Position numbers and translations under genes: made by a program
Part shown: one piece after another, positions 1 through 9,014 of the stretch
Layout of the letters: each line of letters starts with the position of its first letter
Numbering within the stretch: the stretch's first letter is position 1
From: an uncultured Verrucomicrobiae bacterium
GTDB taxonomy: Bacteria; Verrucomicrobiota; Verrucomicrobiia; Chthoniobacterales; UBA10450
Reading direction: 5' to 3'
NCBI GenBank assembly: GCA_963726745.1
Contig: CAVSDR010000003.1
Coordinates: 832,001-896,000 of the forward strand
Length of the DNA stretch: 64,000 bases
Notes under the pieces: generated by a model
Seen by the model: the letters and a program-made list of their open reading frames with translations, nothing else
Database searches by the model: none
What the model was told of the DNA's origin: nothing

Positions 1-126
1 CATGATCAGAATCACCAGCACCCGCGCGCTGATGAAGGTAAGCAGGAAGGCGAGGAAAACGCGGCGCGCGAGCTTGCGCACCGGCAAGGGCGAGGTCGCG
101 GGCGCTGGGGAATTTGCGGAATGCAT
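1..126 (-). CDS. 5' part of a membrane protein, truncated by the window edge
   Basis: Manual translation from ATG at 126: MHSANSPAPATSPLPVRKLARRVFLAFLLTFISARVLVILIM, a basic stretch then a hydrophobic helix, open to position 1. Confidence 0.5.
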   Translation of the reverse strand, partial: MHSANSPAPATSPLPVRKLARRVFLAFLLTFISARVLVILIM

Positions 127-217
127 GATCTTGCTGCCTAACGAGTCGTCAAGCCGGCGTCCGGCATCGATTCGTTGGCTCGCCCAGAGAGGAGCGCGCC
201 CCGGCGCTCTTGGCAAC

Positions 218-1042
218 TCAGAGACCGGCCGGATGGCGGGCAGCGAAGCCGCCGGGATCGCGTCCTTCCGCATGCCAGCGCGGGCCGACGTTGCCGCCGC
301 GGCGGAAATCGGTCGTGTCCAACCGCAGCCCGGCAATGACCGCAAAAGTGTGGCCCGGGCGCGCGTAGATCGTGACCCAACGGCCGCGACCGCGCTCGCC
401 ATAGCGCAGGAAATCGCTTGAGGGCAGCGGCGTGGGCAACACCCCGGCATGATGCAGCGCAAAGGAAACCGTGCCCGAGCAATCATAGCCGCGATCCTGG
501 AAAGAGCCGTGGCCACCGCCCCAAACATACGGTTTCCCGCGCAAGCCATTCGCCGCCCAGATCGCGCGCTTGACGCTCTCTGGCGCGTTCGCGGGCGCGT
601 AGGCCACGCCGCCGCGGAGCACCGCGCGATTGCCGGAAACCACTGGCCGGCCCCCGCGATTGCCGGCCTGGCGCGGCTGGTCCTCCTCGCTCTCGTCGAG
701 CATTCCGCCGCGCTCCCGGTGCGGCCCCGCCGGATGCGGGACCCGGCCGGTAAAATAGGCGGCAGCTTCCGGTTCCTCGGGCTCGCGCTCCGCTTCGTCG
801 ACGATCTCCGCGTCGTAGACCGGAGCGCGGCGCGCTGCGGATTGGAAAGCGACCCGCAAAGGCGCGGTCGCGACCGTGTGGACCACGGCGTGCGCCACGA
901 GAAAAGGTTGCAAAACCACCCGCACCGGGTTGCGCGTCGCGCGCCGGCGCGAGCGCGCCTCGGCCCCCGCAGGCAGCATCACGAGGAGCGCGAGCGCCGC
1001 CACGACGCCCCATCTTGCTGGCTGTTTCCCTGGAAAGTTCAC
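218..1042 (-). CDS. Secreted NlpC/P60-like peptidoglycan endopeptidase (paralog 1)
   Basis: PYVWGGGH, YDCSG (catalytic Cys) and GHTFAVIAGLRLDT; signal-peptide-like N-terminus; start (GTG at 1042) uncertain. Confidence 0.8.
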   Translation of the reverse strand: MNFPGKQPARWGVVAALALLVMLPAGAEARSRRRATRNPVRVVLQPFLVAHAVVHTVATAPLRVAFQSAARRAPVYDAEIVDEAEREPEEPEAAAYFTGRVPHPAGPHRERGGMLDESEEDQPRQAGNRGGRPVVSGNRAVLRGGVAYAPANAPESVKRAIWAANGLRGKPYVWGGGHGSFQDRGYDCSGTVSFALHHAGVLPTPLPSSDFLRYGERGRGRWVTIYARPGHTFAVIAGLRLDTTDFRRGGNVGPRWHAEGRDPGGFAARHPAGL

Positions 1043-1121
1043 CCGCTTCGAGAAAGCGGGTCGCGGGCCAAGCGGAAAAATTTCCCGCGGCCCCGGCAAG
1101 GAAACTGCACCTCCCGCGGGC

Positions 1122-2732
1122 ATGTTCCGCCTCCTCCGCCGGCCTTTTCTCGCGGCGCTGGGCGCAGGGCTGCTCCTCGCGCTCGCCCAGTCGGCGCGCG
1201 CGGTCATCCTCCTCGGCAGCGGCGATCCCGCGGCGAATACCACCGCACCGGCGGGCGCTCTCGGCGATGGCGGCTGGAATTACGTCGGCCGCTTCGGCTG
1301 GAGTCTCGGCACCGCCATTGGCCCGCATCATTTCATCACCGCGAAGCATGTCGGCGTGCCCGCGAACGACTTCATCTACCAGGGAAAGGCGTACGCCATT
1401 CGCGGCGCGGTCGAGGATCCCGTGGGCGATCTGCGCATCTTTGAAATAGACGGCACTTTCCCAAGTTACGCCCCGCTCTACACCCGCGGGGAGGAGCTCG
1501 GGCGCGACCTCGTGCTCATCGGTCGCGGCTCGCAACGCGGCGCGCCGGTGTTTCTCGCGGGCATTTTGCGCGGCTGGCTGTGGGGGCCGGGCGACTCCGT
1601 CCTGCGCTGGGGCGAGAATCAGGTGAGCGCGGTCAATGGGACGACATTTCACTGCACCTTCGACGCCGGCCGCGGGCCGAACGAGTGCGCCCTTTCGCCC
1701 GGCGATTCCGGCGGCCCGGCTTTCGTGCGCGAGGAGGGCGTCTGGAAGCTGGCGGGAATCAACCACGCGATCGACAGCTCTTTTGCCGCGACCGCCAGCG
1801 GCCCCGGCCTGGAGGCGGCGCTCTTCGACGGCCGCGGATTTTTCGACGCCAGCGGGCGTTTGCTCACCGGGACCGCGCCCGCGCCCACCGGTTTTTATTC
1901 GATGCGGATCTCGAGCAAGCTCCCGTGGATCCAGAGTGTGATCGCGCCCGCGCTGGCGAACATCTCTGCGCGCGCTTTTGTCGGCGCCGGGGGCGAGGTG
2001 GCGATTGCCGGCTTCATCATCGAAGGCGATGCGACGCAGGAGAAAGCGGTGCTCCTGCGCGGGATCGGCGCTTCGCTGGCGGTCAACGGCGTCCCCGTAG
2101 CCAGCCGGCTGGCCGACCCGGCCTTGCGCCTGCACGACGACACCGGCGCGGTGCGCGCGCAAAACGATGATTGGCAGGAGGTCGACGCAGCGGCGATCGC
2201 GGCCACCGGACTGGCCCCGGGCGACGCCAAAGAGGCGGCGATTCTCGCGCGCCTGCGGCCCGGGCGTTACACCGTCATCCTCTCTGGCGCCGGCGGCCAA
2301 AGCGGCCTCGGGCTGGTGGAAGTCTACGACCTCGAGCCGACCGGCGCCTCGCGCCTAACGAATCTTTCCACCCGCGCGCGCACCGGCGCGGGCGACAACG
2401 TGCTCATCGGTGGGATCGCCTTTCACAGCAGCACCAATGCGCTTCTGCTCCGCGCGCTCGGGCCCAGCCTGGGCGCGCTCGGCGTGAGCGGCGCAATGGC
2501 TGATCCTTCGCTGGAGCTGCGCAACAGCGACGGCGCGCTCGTGGCCAGCAACGAAGCCTGGCAGCAAGATGACCACGCGGCCGAGCTGCAGTCGCGCGGC
2601 CTGGCCCCGGCCGACCCACGCGAAGCCGCGCTCCTCCTGCGGCCAGCGCCCGGGAGCTACACCGCGATCGTGCGCGCGGCCGGCGAGCTTTCCGGCGTCG
2701 TTTTGCTCGAGGCTTTTCTGGTCCAGCCCTAA
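1122..2732 (+). CDS. Secreted trypsin-like (S1) serine protease with two C-terminal N[IL]S[AT]R repeat domains
   Basis: Signal peptide; ITAKH, DL and GDSGGP triad motifs; two ~120-aa repeats beginning LANISAR and LTNLSTR. Confidence 0.8.
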   Translation: MFRLLRRPFLAALGAGLLLALAQSARAVILLGSGDPAANTTAPAGALGDGGWNYVGRFGWSLGTAIGPHHFITAKHVGVPANDFIYQGKAYAIRGAVEDPVGDLRIFEIDGTFPSYAPLYTRGEELGRDLVLIGRGSQRGAPVFLAGILRGWLWGPGDSVLRWGENQVSAVNGTTFHCTFDAGRGPNECALSPGDSGGPAFVREEGVWKLAGINHAIDSSFAATASGPGLEAALFDGRGFFDASGRLLTGTAPAPTGFYSMRISSKLPWIQSVIAPALANISARAFVGAGGEVAIAGFIIEGDATQEKAVLLRGIGASLAVNGVPVASRLADPALRLHDDTGAVRAQNDDWQEVDAAAIAATGLAPGDAKEAAILARLRPGRYTVILSGAGGQSGLGLVEVYDLEPTGASRLTNLSTRARTGAGDNVLIGGIAFHSSTNALLLRALGPSLGALGVSGAMADPSLELRNSDGALVASNEAWQQDDHAAELQSRGLAPADPREAALLLRPAPGSYTAIVRAAGELSGVVLLEAFLVQP

Positions 2733-3409
2733 GCCGTCGCTCGCCGCCGCCGCATTCTCAAAGTGCCGGCTAAAAGGAGCGCGCCCGCCAGCAAAACCGA
2801 GACCGCCGGTTCCGGGACGGCGCGGACGTTATCGATCCCAACCTGGCCGACGAGGATGTCGCCATTGGAATTATTCGCTGCGATTTCGTTAATGAAACGC
2901 ACCTCCGCGAGCCCGGTGGAAAAAAGCGTGTTGTAAGCCGGCGGGCCGGCCACTGGGATGAGATTCGTCGGCAGAAGGGAGAAGGTGAAATGCTGCCAGC
3001 CGCTGCCCGGCGCGAGCACCGCCGCGGTCGTGAGGTAGGCCGGCGCCCCCATGCTGAGCGAGCCCTTGAAAGCCAGCCGGATGGAGAGCGACGTCGGGCC
3101 GAGATTTTGCAGGTCGACCTCGATCGCGGTCACGCCGGCGGCGAGATAATTGCCGAGCCATTGCGTGCGATTGAAAGCGGTTAACCTTCCGCCCGCGCCC
3201 CCGCCATCAGAGATGATCTGGAGGAAACGATCGCCTGCGCCCGCCGGTCCACCATCGGCCACATTCAAGACCGGCGGCGCGCCGCCGACCCCGCCATTGC
3301 CCCAGCCGGCGAGGGTGCCGCCTTGGAAATTGTCGACCTGCCCGAGAGTGATCGCCCGCGCCGATGAGACTGCGAGCAGGAGGAAAGACGCGACCGCGGA
3401 GCGAAGCAT
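2729..3409 (-). CDS. PEP-CTERM sorting domain protein
   Basis: Signal peptide; C-terminal VPEP, transmembrane helix and basic tail RMRRRR. Confidence 0.85.
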   Translation of the reverse strand: MLRSAVASFLLLAVSSARAITLGQVDNFQGGTLAGWGNGGVGGAPPVLNVADGGPAGAGDRFLQIISDGGGAGGRLTAFNRTQWLGNYLAAGVTAIEVDLQNLGPTSLSIRLAFKGSLSMGAPAYLTTAAVLAPGSGWQHFTFSLLPTNLIPVAGPPAYNTLFSTGLAEVRFINEIAANNSNGDILVGQVGIDNVRAVPEPAVSVLLAGALLLAGTLRMRRRRATA

Positions 3410-3442
3410 CCGCAGAGTCTAGGGAACGTCCCCGCCGGCACG

Positions 3443-4732
3443 CTAGCGCAAACCCGAGGGCAGTCGCGGCGAAGCCAGGAGCTCGGCAAATTCCCGCCAG
3501 CGTTTCTGCGGCTGATCGCTCGTGCCGCCGCGCGCCTCCAGGTAGTGGCGCACCAGGTCTTCGCCGAGGTTGTAGTTGATCACGTAGCTGCGATAGCGCT
3601 GGATAAATTTCACCCGCTGCTGCGCGCGCGCCGGGTCCATGAGCGCGTATTTTTCCAGCCAGGCGCGCGCTTCCGTTTCGCTCATCTTGCCGTCGACCAT
3701 TTGACGCGCGGCTTCGTTCGCAGCGTAGCCGAGCTGGTTTACCAATTCCTGGACGGCGTAATATTCATCGACTCGTTCTGGATCGAGCCCGGCCGCGGGC
3801 CAAAGGATTTCCTGCTCGAATTTCCGCCGTTCCGCCGGGGTGAAGACGACCTCTTTGCCGAAATTAGCCGACCCCTCGGCGATGAGCGATTGCGGGGAGA
3901 AAAGCGGGTAAACCGTGAACTCCCGCCAGCCGCGATCGCGCACGAGATTTTTCTCGAGCAGGACGTTGTAAACGTGGTGGCCGGGGTAGCCCTCGTGCGC
4001 CGCGAGATCGATCGCGCGGTCGATGTAGATCGGCAGGTCGGTGTTCACCTGGATGACGCTGCGGTAGCCGCCCTGATACCAGTTGTAGCCGCCCCACGGT
4101 TTCCCGGTGACGTATTCCACGGTGAAGCTCTCGTCCGGCGGGAGCGCGATCTGCGCGGCGGTGCGCGCACGCGTCTCCGCGATCGCGCGTTGGAAGACGC
4201 TGTCTAATTTTTCCTTCGGGATCACGAAGTCCCCGCGCCACTTCTCGTAGCGCGCGGCCAGCGTTCCCTCGCCCGGGATTTTACCGTCCAGCTGCGCGAG
4301 GATTTTCTCGAAGTGCTCCGCGGGATAAGTCGGCGCAACCGCGTCGTAAAGCGCGCGCGACTCTTCGTCGAAGGTCATCTTCGTGCCTCCGAGCAGGCGC
4401 ACCCGCGCCGCGAGCGCCGCTAGTTGGTGCTGCAAATAAACCTGCCGCAGCCGCTCCATCGGTTCCGCGGGCAGCGGCATTTCGCCCAAGGCGCCGGCCG
4501 CAGCTGTGGCCTCGCGGCCGATTTCCGCGAGCGGCTTCTTCTCAGCGGTCGCGGCCGCTTTCCACTCCGCCGGGCCATAGTAGGCATCGACGTAATCCGG
4601 GTCGTGCTCGCCGAGGGCGAGGACCAGTTTCGCGTAGTTTTCCGCGGTCTTGTCGAGGGTCACGGGAGCGGCCGCGCGCGCGCCCGAGGAAGTCCAAAGG
4701 GAAAGCAGCGCCAACAAAAAACCAAGTCGCAT
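3443..4732 (-). CDS. Secreted DUF885-like putative zinc metallopeptidase
   Basis: Signal peptide MRLGFLLALL; AHEGYPGHH and downstream AEG zincin motifs. Confidence 0.7.
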   Translation of the reverse strand: MRLGFLLALLSLWTSSGARAAAPVTLDKTAENYAKLVLALGEHDPDYVDAYYGPAEWKAAATAEKKPLAEIGREATAAAGALGEMPLPAEPMERLRQVYLQHQLAALAARVRLLGGTKMTFDEESRALYDAVAPTYPAEHFEKILAQLDGKIPGEGTLAARYEKWRGDFVIPKEKLDSVFQRAIAETRARTAAQIALPPDESFTVEYVTGKPWGGYNWYQGGYRSVIQVNTDLPIYIDRAIDLAAHEGYPGHHVYNVLLEKNLVRDRGWREFTVYPLFSPQSLIAEGSANFGKEVVFTPAERRKFEQEILWPAAGLDPERVDEYYAVQELVNQLGYAANEAARQMVDGKMSETEARAWLEKYALMDPARAQQRVKFIQRYRSYVINYNLGEDLVRHYLEARGGTSDQPQKRWREFAELLASPRLPSGLR

Positions 4733-4814
4733 GCCGATGCCATAGATGTTCCGGCGCGAAAACGCCAGCGGGGCCAAAAGCGACGTCGCCTGCGATTCCT
4801 CTAGAGCACCGCTT

Positions 4815-5330
4815 ATGAAAATCCCCCTGTTTTGCCTGCTGGCGAGCGCATCCCTCCTCCTGGCTGCGCCGGAAGAAACCACCCACATGGCTGGACGCAC
4901 GCTCAAGGCGCCCGGGCCTCCGGGTTACATGGACGTGCAAGACAAGGACAAGGCGATGGACCGCGCGGTCGACGAGGCGCACAAGTCGCTCGGCTTTTTC
5001 GTGGCCGCGCTCCAGGCGAAGAAACCGGACACGCACGACTTCGAAATCAAGGCTGCCTTCATCGATGGCGAGAAAGCCGAGCATCTCTGGATCGATCAAG
5101 TGCGCTGGGACGGAAAGGTCTTCCATGGCCGGGTGAACAACCAGCCGCTCGATGTCCGGAGCGCGCGCCTCGGGCAGCGCGTGAAGATTGAGCCGAAGGA
5201 TGTCTCCGACTGGATGTTTGTGAAAGGCGACAAGCTCATGGGCGGCTTCACCACCCGCGTGCTCTACGCCCGTCTCTCGCCGGAAGAGAAGGCGCAATTT
5301 GTGAAAATGGCGGAATTCAAAATCGATTAA
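4815..5330 (+). CDS. YegJ/DUF2314 family exported protein
   Basis: Signal peptide; EHLW, G.VNN.P, VSDW and GGFT motifs. Confidence 0.75.
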   Translation: MKIPLFCLLASASLLLAAPEETTHMAGRTLKAPGPPGYMDVQDKDKAMDRAVDEAHKSLGFFVAALQAKKPDTHDFEIKAAFIDGEKAEHLWIDQVRWDGKVFHGRVNNQPLDVRSARLGQRVKIEPKDVSDWMFVKGDKLMGGFTTRVLYARLSPEEKAQFVKMAEFKID

Positions 5331-5332
5331 AC

Positions 5333-5635
5333 ATGAACCTCCCAACGAAATATTTTCTCGTCACCACGCTCGCGCTTGCGGGACTTTTCCTTGGCGGCTG
5401 CACCTATGGACCCGGGGGCGGCGTGGGCGTTTACGCCTCTTCCTATCCGAGCTATCGGGGCTACTACCGCGACTACGGCTACAGCGGCGCCCCGTTCTAT
5501 GGCTACCCGCGGGCCTACGGCACGAGCATCGTCGTCTCTGGCCGGAACTACTCCCGCGGCTACGGCCGGCACCATTATCGCGGGCACCGTCGAAACTACG
5601 GGACTCGCTCCTGGCGCGGGCCGAGGTATCGTTAG
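5333..5635 (+). CDS. Small Tyr/Gly/Arg-rich lipoprotein
   Basis: Lipobox LGGC after a hydrophobic stretch; low-complexity YGR-rich mature part; operon-like spacing. Confidence 0.65.
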   Translation: MNLPTKYFLVTTLALAGLFLGGCTYGPGGGVGVYASSYPSYRGYYRDYGYSGAPFYGYPRAYGTSIVVSGRNYSRGYGRHHYRGHRRNYGTRSWRGPRYR

Positions 5636-5641
5636 GCCGCG

Positions 5642-6154
5642 ATGAAACTGTGGAATGAAGCCCCGGACCTGACCAAGGGTCTGGTTGCCGGCGCGGCGGC
5701 CGGTTTGCTCGCCTCCTTCATGATGGAGCAATTCCAGGCGCTCTGGTCGAGCGTGGGGAAAAGCTTCCAGGACCCGAAGGAAAAGACAAAGCGCCGGCAA
5801 AAACCGACCACGGTGAAAGCGGCGGATGCGGTCGCGGAGAAAATCGTGGGCACGAAAGTGCCGCGGAAACATCAGCAACTCGCCGGCGAAGCGATGCACT
5901 ACGCCATGGGCACCGGCTCTGCAGCGCTTTACGGCGTGGTCGCAGAGGTTTTCCCGCCGGCTACCGTGGGCGAAGGGACCGCCTTCGGCACCGCCGTCTG
6001 GCTGGCGGCTGACGAAGGGGCGCTCCCGGCGCTTGGGCTGACCAAGTCGCCGGCGCAGATTCCGGTGAGCACGCACGTTTACGCGCTCGCCTCCCACCTG
6101 GTCTACGGATTCGTGGTCGAAGTCGTCCGCCGCGGGATCCGCAGCGCGCTTTAG
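5642..6154 (+). CDS. DUF1440-like membrane protein
   Basis: KGLVAGAAAGL, MHYAMG and ASHLVYG with hydrophobic helices. Confidence 0.7.
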   Translation: MKLWNEAPDLTKGLVAGAAAGLLASFMMEQFQALWSSVGKSFQDPKEKTKRRQKPTTVKAADAVAEKIVGTKVPRKHQQLAGEAMHYAMGTGSAALYGVVAEVFPPATVGEGTAFGTAVWLAADEGALPALGLTKSPAQIPVSTHVYALASHLVYGFVVEVVRRGIRSAL

Positions 6155-6168
6155 CCAGCAAGATCGGG

Positions 6169-7221
6169 CTAGCGCATTTCGCCGGCCATGACGTCGCGCT
6201 CCTTGAGGATGAGCGCGAACGGCTCCAACGGCATCGGGTCGTCGTGCTCGAGGTATTCCGCGCAGACACCGAAGAAATCCGCCTCGGTCGTAACCCGGCG
6301 GATGCGATGAAGGAAGGTGCCGGTTCCCTCGACCCCCAGCCCGATGAAGTTGAGATACTTCTTCATGTTCTGGACCTGCGCGGCCTCACGCACTTCGCCG
6401 CGCACGCCGACGGCGGCATAGAGCGCGCGGATGTATTCGAGGACATCGCGGCCCCGCGGGACGAAGACCGGCAAGCCCGCGCGCCGCTCGCGAATTTGCC
6501 GGAAGAGCCAGGGATTACGGATCACGCCGCGGCCAATCATGAGTCCGCGCGCGCCGCTTTGCGCGAGCACTTCATCGGCTTTCGCCGCGGAATAGACGTT
6601 GCCATTCGCCAGCACCGGGCAGCCCAGCGTCTCGACCGCGCGGGCGACAAACTCGTAGCGTGGCGCGCTCCGATACATCTCCTTGACCGTGCGCGCGTGC
6701 ACCGTGACCAGGTCTAACGAGTGCCGCGCAAAAACAGCCAGCAACTTGTCGAAGTTCTCCGCATCCTCAAAACCGATCCGCGTCTTTACGGTGAACGGGA
6801 TCGCGATTGCCTCGCGAAGCGCGCCGAGGATGCGGTCGATCCTCTCGGGCTCGCGCAGCAAACCGCCGCCGGCGCACTTCCGGTAAACGATCGGCACCGG
6901 GCATCCGAGATTGAGATCGATCGCGGCCACCGGATGCTGCTCGAGCTCGCGCGCGGTGCGCACCAGCGCGGGAATGTCGTTGCCGATCATCTGCGCGATC
7001 ACCGGCCGGCCGGTGGGATTTTGCGTGATCGAGGAAAGGATCACCGGATCGAGGCGCGATTGCGGGAGCACGCGGAAGTATTCCGTGAAATAAACCTCGG
7101 CGTTCCCGTAGTGGCTAACGAGGCGCATGAACGGCAGGTCGGTCACGTCCTGCATGGGCGCGAGCGCGAGGACCGGCCCCGGCTGGGCGAACAAGCGGTC
7201 GAAGACAGCGCGCGCGTTCAC
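6169..7221 (-). CDS. tRNA-dihydrouridine synthase family protein
   Basis: LAPM, DLNLGCP, TVKTRIG, TVHART, ANGNV and MIGRG motifs. Confidence 0.9.
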   Translation of the reverse strand: MNARAVFDRLFAQPGPVLALAPMQDVTDLPFMRLVSHYGNAEVYFTEYFRVLPQSRLDPVILSSITQNPTGRPVIAQMIGNDIPALVRTARELEQHPVAAIDLNLGCPVPIVYRKCAGGGLLREPERIDRILGALREAIAIPFTVKTRIGFEDAENFDKLLAVFARHSLDLVTVHARTVKEMYRSAPRYEFVARAVETLGCPVLANGNVYSAAKADEVLAQSGARGLMIGRGVIRNPWLFRQIRERRAGLPVFVPRGRDVLEYIRALYAAVGVRGEVREAAQVQNMKKYLNFIGLGVEGTGTFLHRIRRVTTEADFFGVCAEYLEHDDPMPLEPFALILKERDVMAGEMR

Positions 7222-7871
7222 TTCGCCGCGGAGGAATATTTCGGCTGCTTCACCTGCTTGCGGATCGCCTCGAAGATTTTCCGGATGCCGATGCGGCTGG
7301 CTTTCTCCGCCAGGAAAGGTGGGAGCCCGCCGCCGCTATCAGTGAAGATGGAGTAGGTCGCGCGCGTGGTCCCGTTCGCCCCGGGCTCGAGCAGCCAGCC
7401 GCCTTCGCACAGCGCCACCCGCTGCACGCCCTCGCGCAGCGGCGGCCCGAGTTCGTTTGCCGGTTCCCAGCGCACCCGGTAGATCGGGCCCTCGGGGCCG
7501 AGCCATTTTTCGTTGCGCGAGACGAGAGTGTAATCGCGATCGCTCACGATCGGGAAGGCCAGCCGTTGATAGGCGACCATGCGGTTCTTCTCGCGTTTCA
7601 AGACCCGCACCTCGGAGGTGTAAGGCATGAAATGCGGATATTCCTCGGAGTCGTCGATGACCGCGAAGACGACCGCCGGCGGCGCTTCGATCACGCCCGT
7701 GGCTTTGAACTCGCGTAGCTTCGATTCGCTGCGCGCCCGGCTATAGAGGGTCAAGCCCCCGCCGCTCATCTCCTCGGTCCACTCGCCGGTCTCGGCCGCG
7801 AAGGCCTGTGCACCGCACGCGAGCAAACAGACCACGACGACGCCGCGAAGATTTTGCCAGCGCCCTCTCAT
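7218..7871 (-). CDS. Exported START/SRPBCC lipid-binding domain protein
   Basis: Signal peptide; EFKATG, P.VSDRD, G.WLLEP and D.GG.LP pattern. Confidence 0.7.
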   Translation of the reverse strand: MRGRWQNLRGVVVVCLLACGAQAFAAETGEWTEEMSGGGLTLYSRARSESKLREFKATGVIEAPPAVVFAVIDDSEEYPHFMPYTSEVRVLKREKNRMVAYQRLAFPIVSDRDYTLVSRNEKWLGPEGPIYRVRWEPANELGPPLREGVQRVALCEGGWLLEPGANGTTRATYSIFTDSGGGLPPFLAEKASRIGIRKIFEAIRKQVKQPKYSSAAK

Positions 7872-8971
7872 TAACTCTCGCCAAAGCTAAAGCGCAGGGC
7901 CTTGTGCAGACGCTCCGGCAGCGCCGGCAGATTGCGCCGCTCGATCAGAAAAGTGATCACGCCGGCGAGCTCGCGAAAGACGTAATTTTTGTTCACCGCG
8001 CCCTGGAGATATTGCTCGCCGCTGCTCCCGCCGGTGCCCACGCGGGTGCCGATCATCCGCCGGACCATCTGCAGGTGGCGATAGCGGAAATTAGCCAGCT
8101 GCTCGTCGATTTCGATCAGCGCATTCAGGAGCGCGAAAGGCAGGCGGAAGAGCGGCTCATCGCGATAGAGCATGATGAACAGGGCCGAGCGCAGCGAGGG
8201 CGGGGACCACTCGCCGGAGCCGTCGCGGAAGAAGAGGCTGTCAAACTTGCCTAACAAGTCCTCACGATCATCGCGCTCGGAAAGGCTGGCCGCGAAGAGC
8301 TCGCGATAATGCTGCCAAAAATGCCCGCCATCCTCCGTCCCGGTGGAGCGCCCGTCGCTTTTTTCCTCGCGCCAGTCGTCCCAGAAATTGCCGTCAAAAA
8401 ACGGCGCACGCGCCAGCCAGCGCTCGACCATTTGCAGGATCGACGGGCGTTCCTCGACCGCGCCGATCTTGGCCGCGTCCCCGGCGTTGAACCCGCCCAG
8501 GTCGGTGCGCTTGTAATACTCCGGCCGGAAACGCTGCTCCATCCGCAGGCCGAGCGCGGCCTCGATCTCGCGGAATTGCACGCTCTGGAAACCGGAAGCG
8601 CCGTGGAGCAGCTCGCGGAACTCGAGGAAATCGAGCGGCGTCATCGTCTCGAGCACGTCGACCTGGTGATTGAGCAGCTTCCAGATTTCAACCACGCGCT
8701 TCAGACGATGGACCACGCGGTTCAAGTCGGGCCCGTCGTCGTCCGCGGCCGGTTTGCTCAGGACTTCGGCACAGGCCGTGAGCTCATGGAGGATCTGCTT
8801 GAACCAAAGCTCGTAGGCCTGGTGGACGATGATGAAGAGCATCTCGTCGTGCGCGATCAGCTTTCCTTCGCGCAGGCTGAGCGGTTTTTGCAATTCCAGC
8901 AGTCGCTCGATCCCGAGGTAGTCGCCGTAGTATTGCGGCGTGCGTTCGCCGGGGTGCATCGGGCATTCCAC
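7871..8971 (-). CDS. kynA: Tryptophan 2,3-dioxygenase
   Basis: HDEMLFIIVHQAYELWFKQ, ASGFQS.QFR and RMIG...GTGGSSG..YL. Confidence 0.92.
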   Translation of the reverse strand: MECPMHPGERTPQYYGDYLGIERLLELQKPLSLREGKLIAHDEMLFIIVHQAYELWFKQILHELTACAEVLSKPAADDDGPDLNRVVHRLKRVVEIWKLLNHQVDVLETMTPLDFLEFRELLHGASGFQSVQFREIEAALGLRMEQRFRPEYYKRTDLGGFNAGDAAKIGAVEERPSILQMVERWLARAPFFDGNFWDDWREEKSDGRSTGTEDGGHFWQHYRELFAASLSERDDREDLLGKFDSLFFRDGSGEWSPPSLRSALFIMLYRDEPLFRLPFALLNALIEIDEQLANFRYRHLQMVRRMIGTRVGTGGSSGEQYLQGAVNKNYVFRELAGVITFLIERRNLPALPERLHKALRFSFGES

Positions 8972-9014
8972 GCGCGCAGTCTCGCGCAGGCCACCGCGCA
9001 GAGCAATGCACGCG

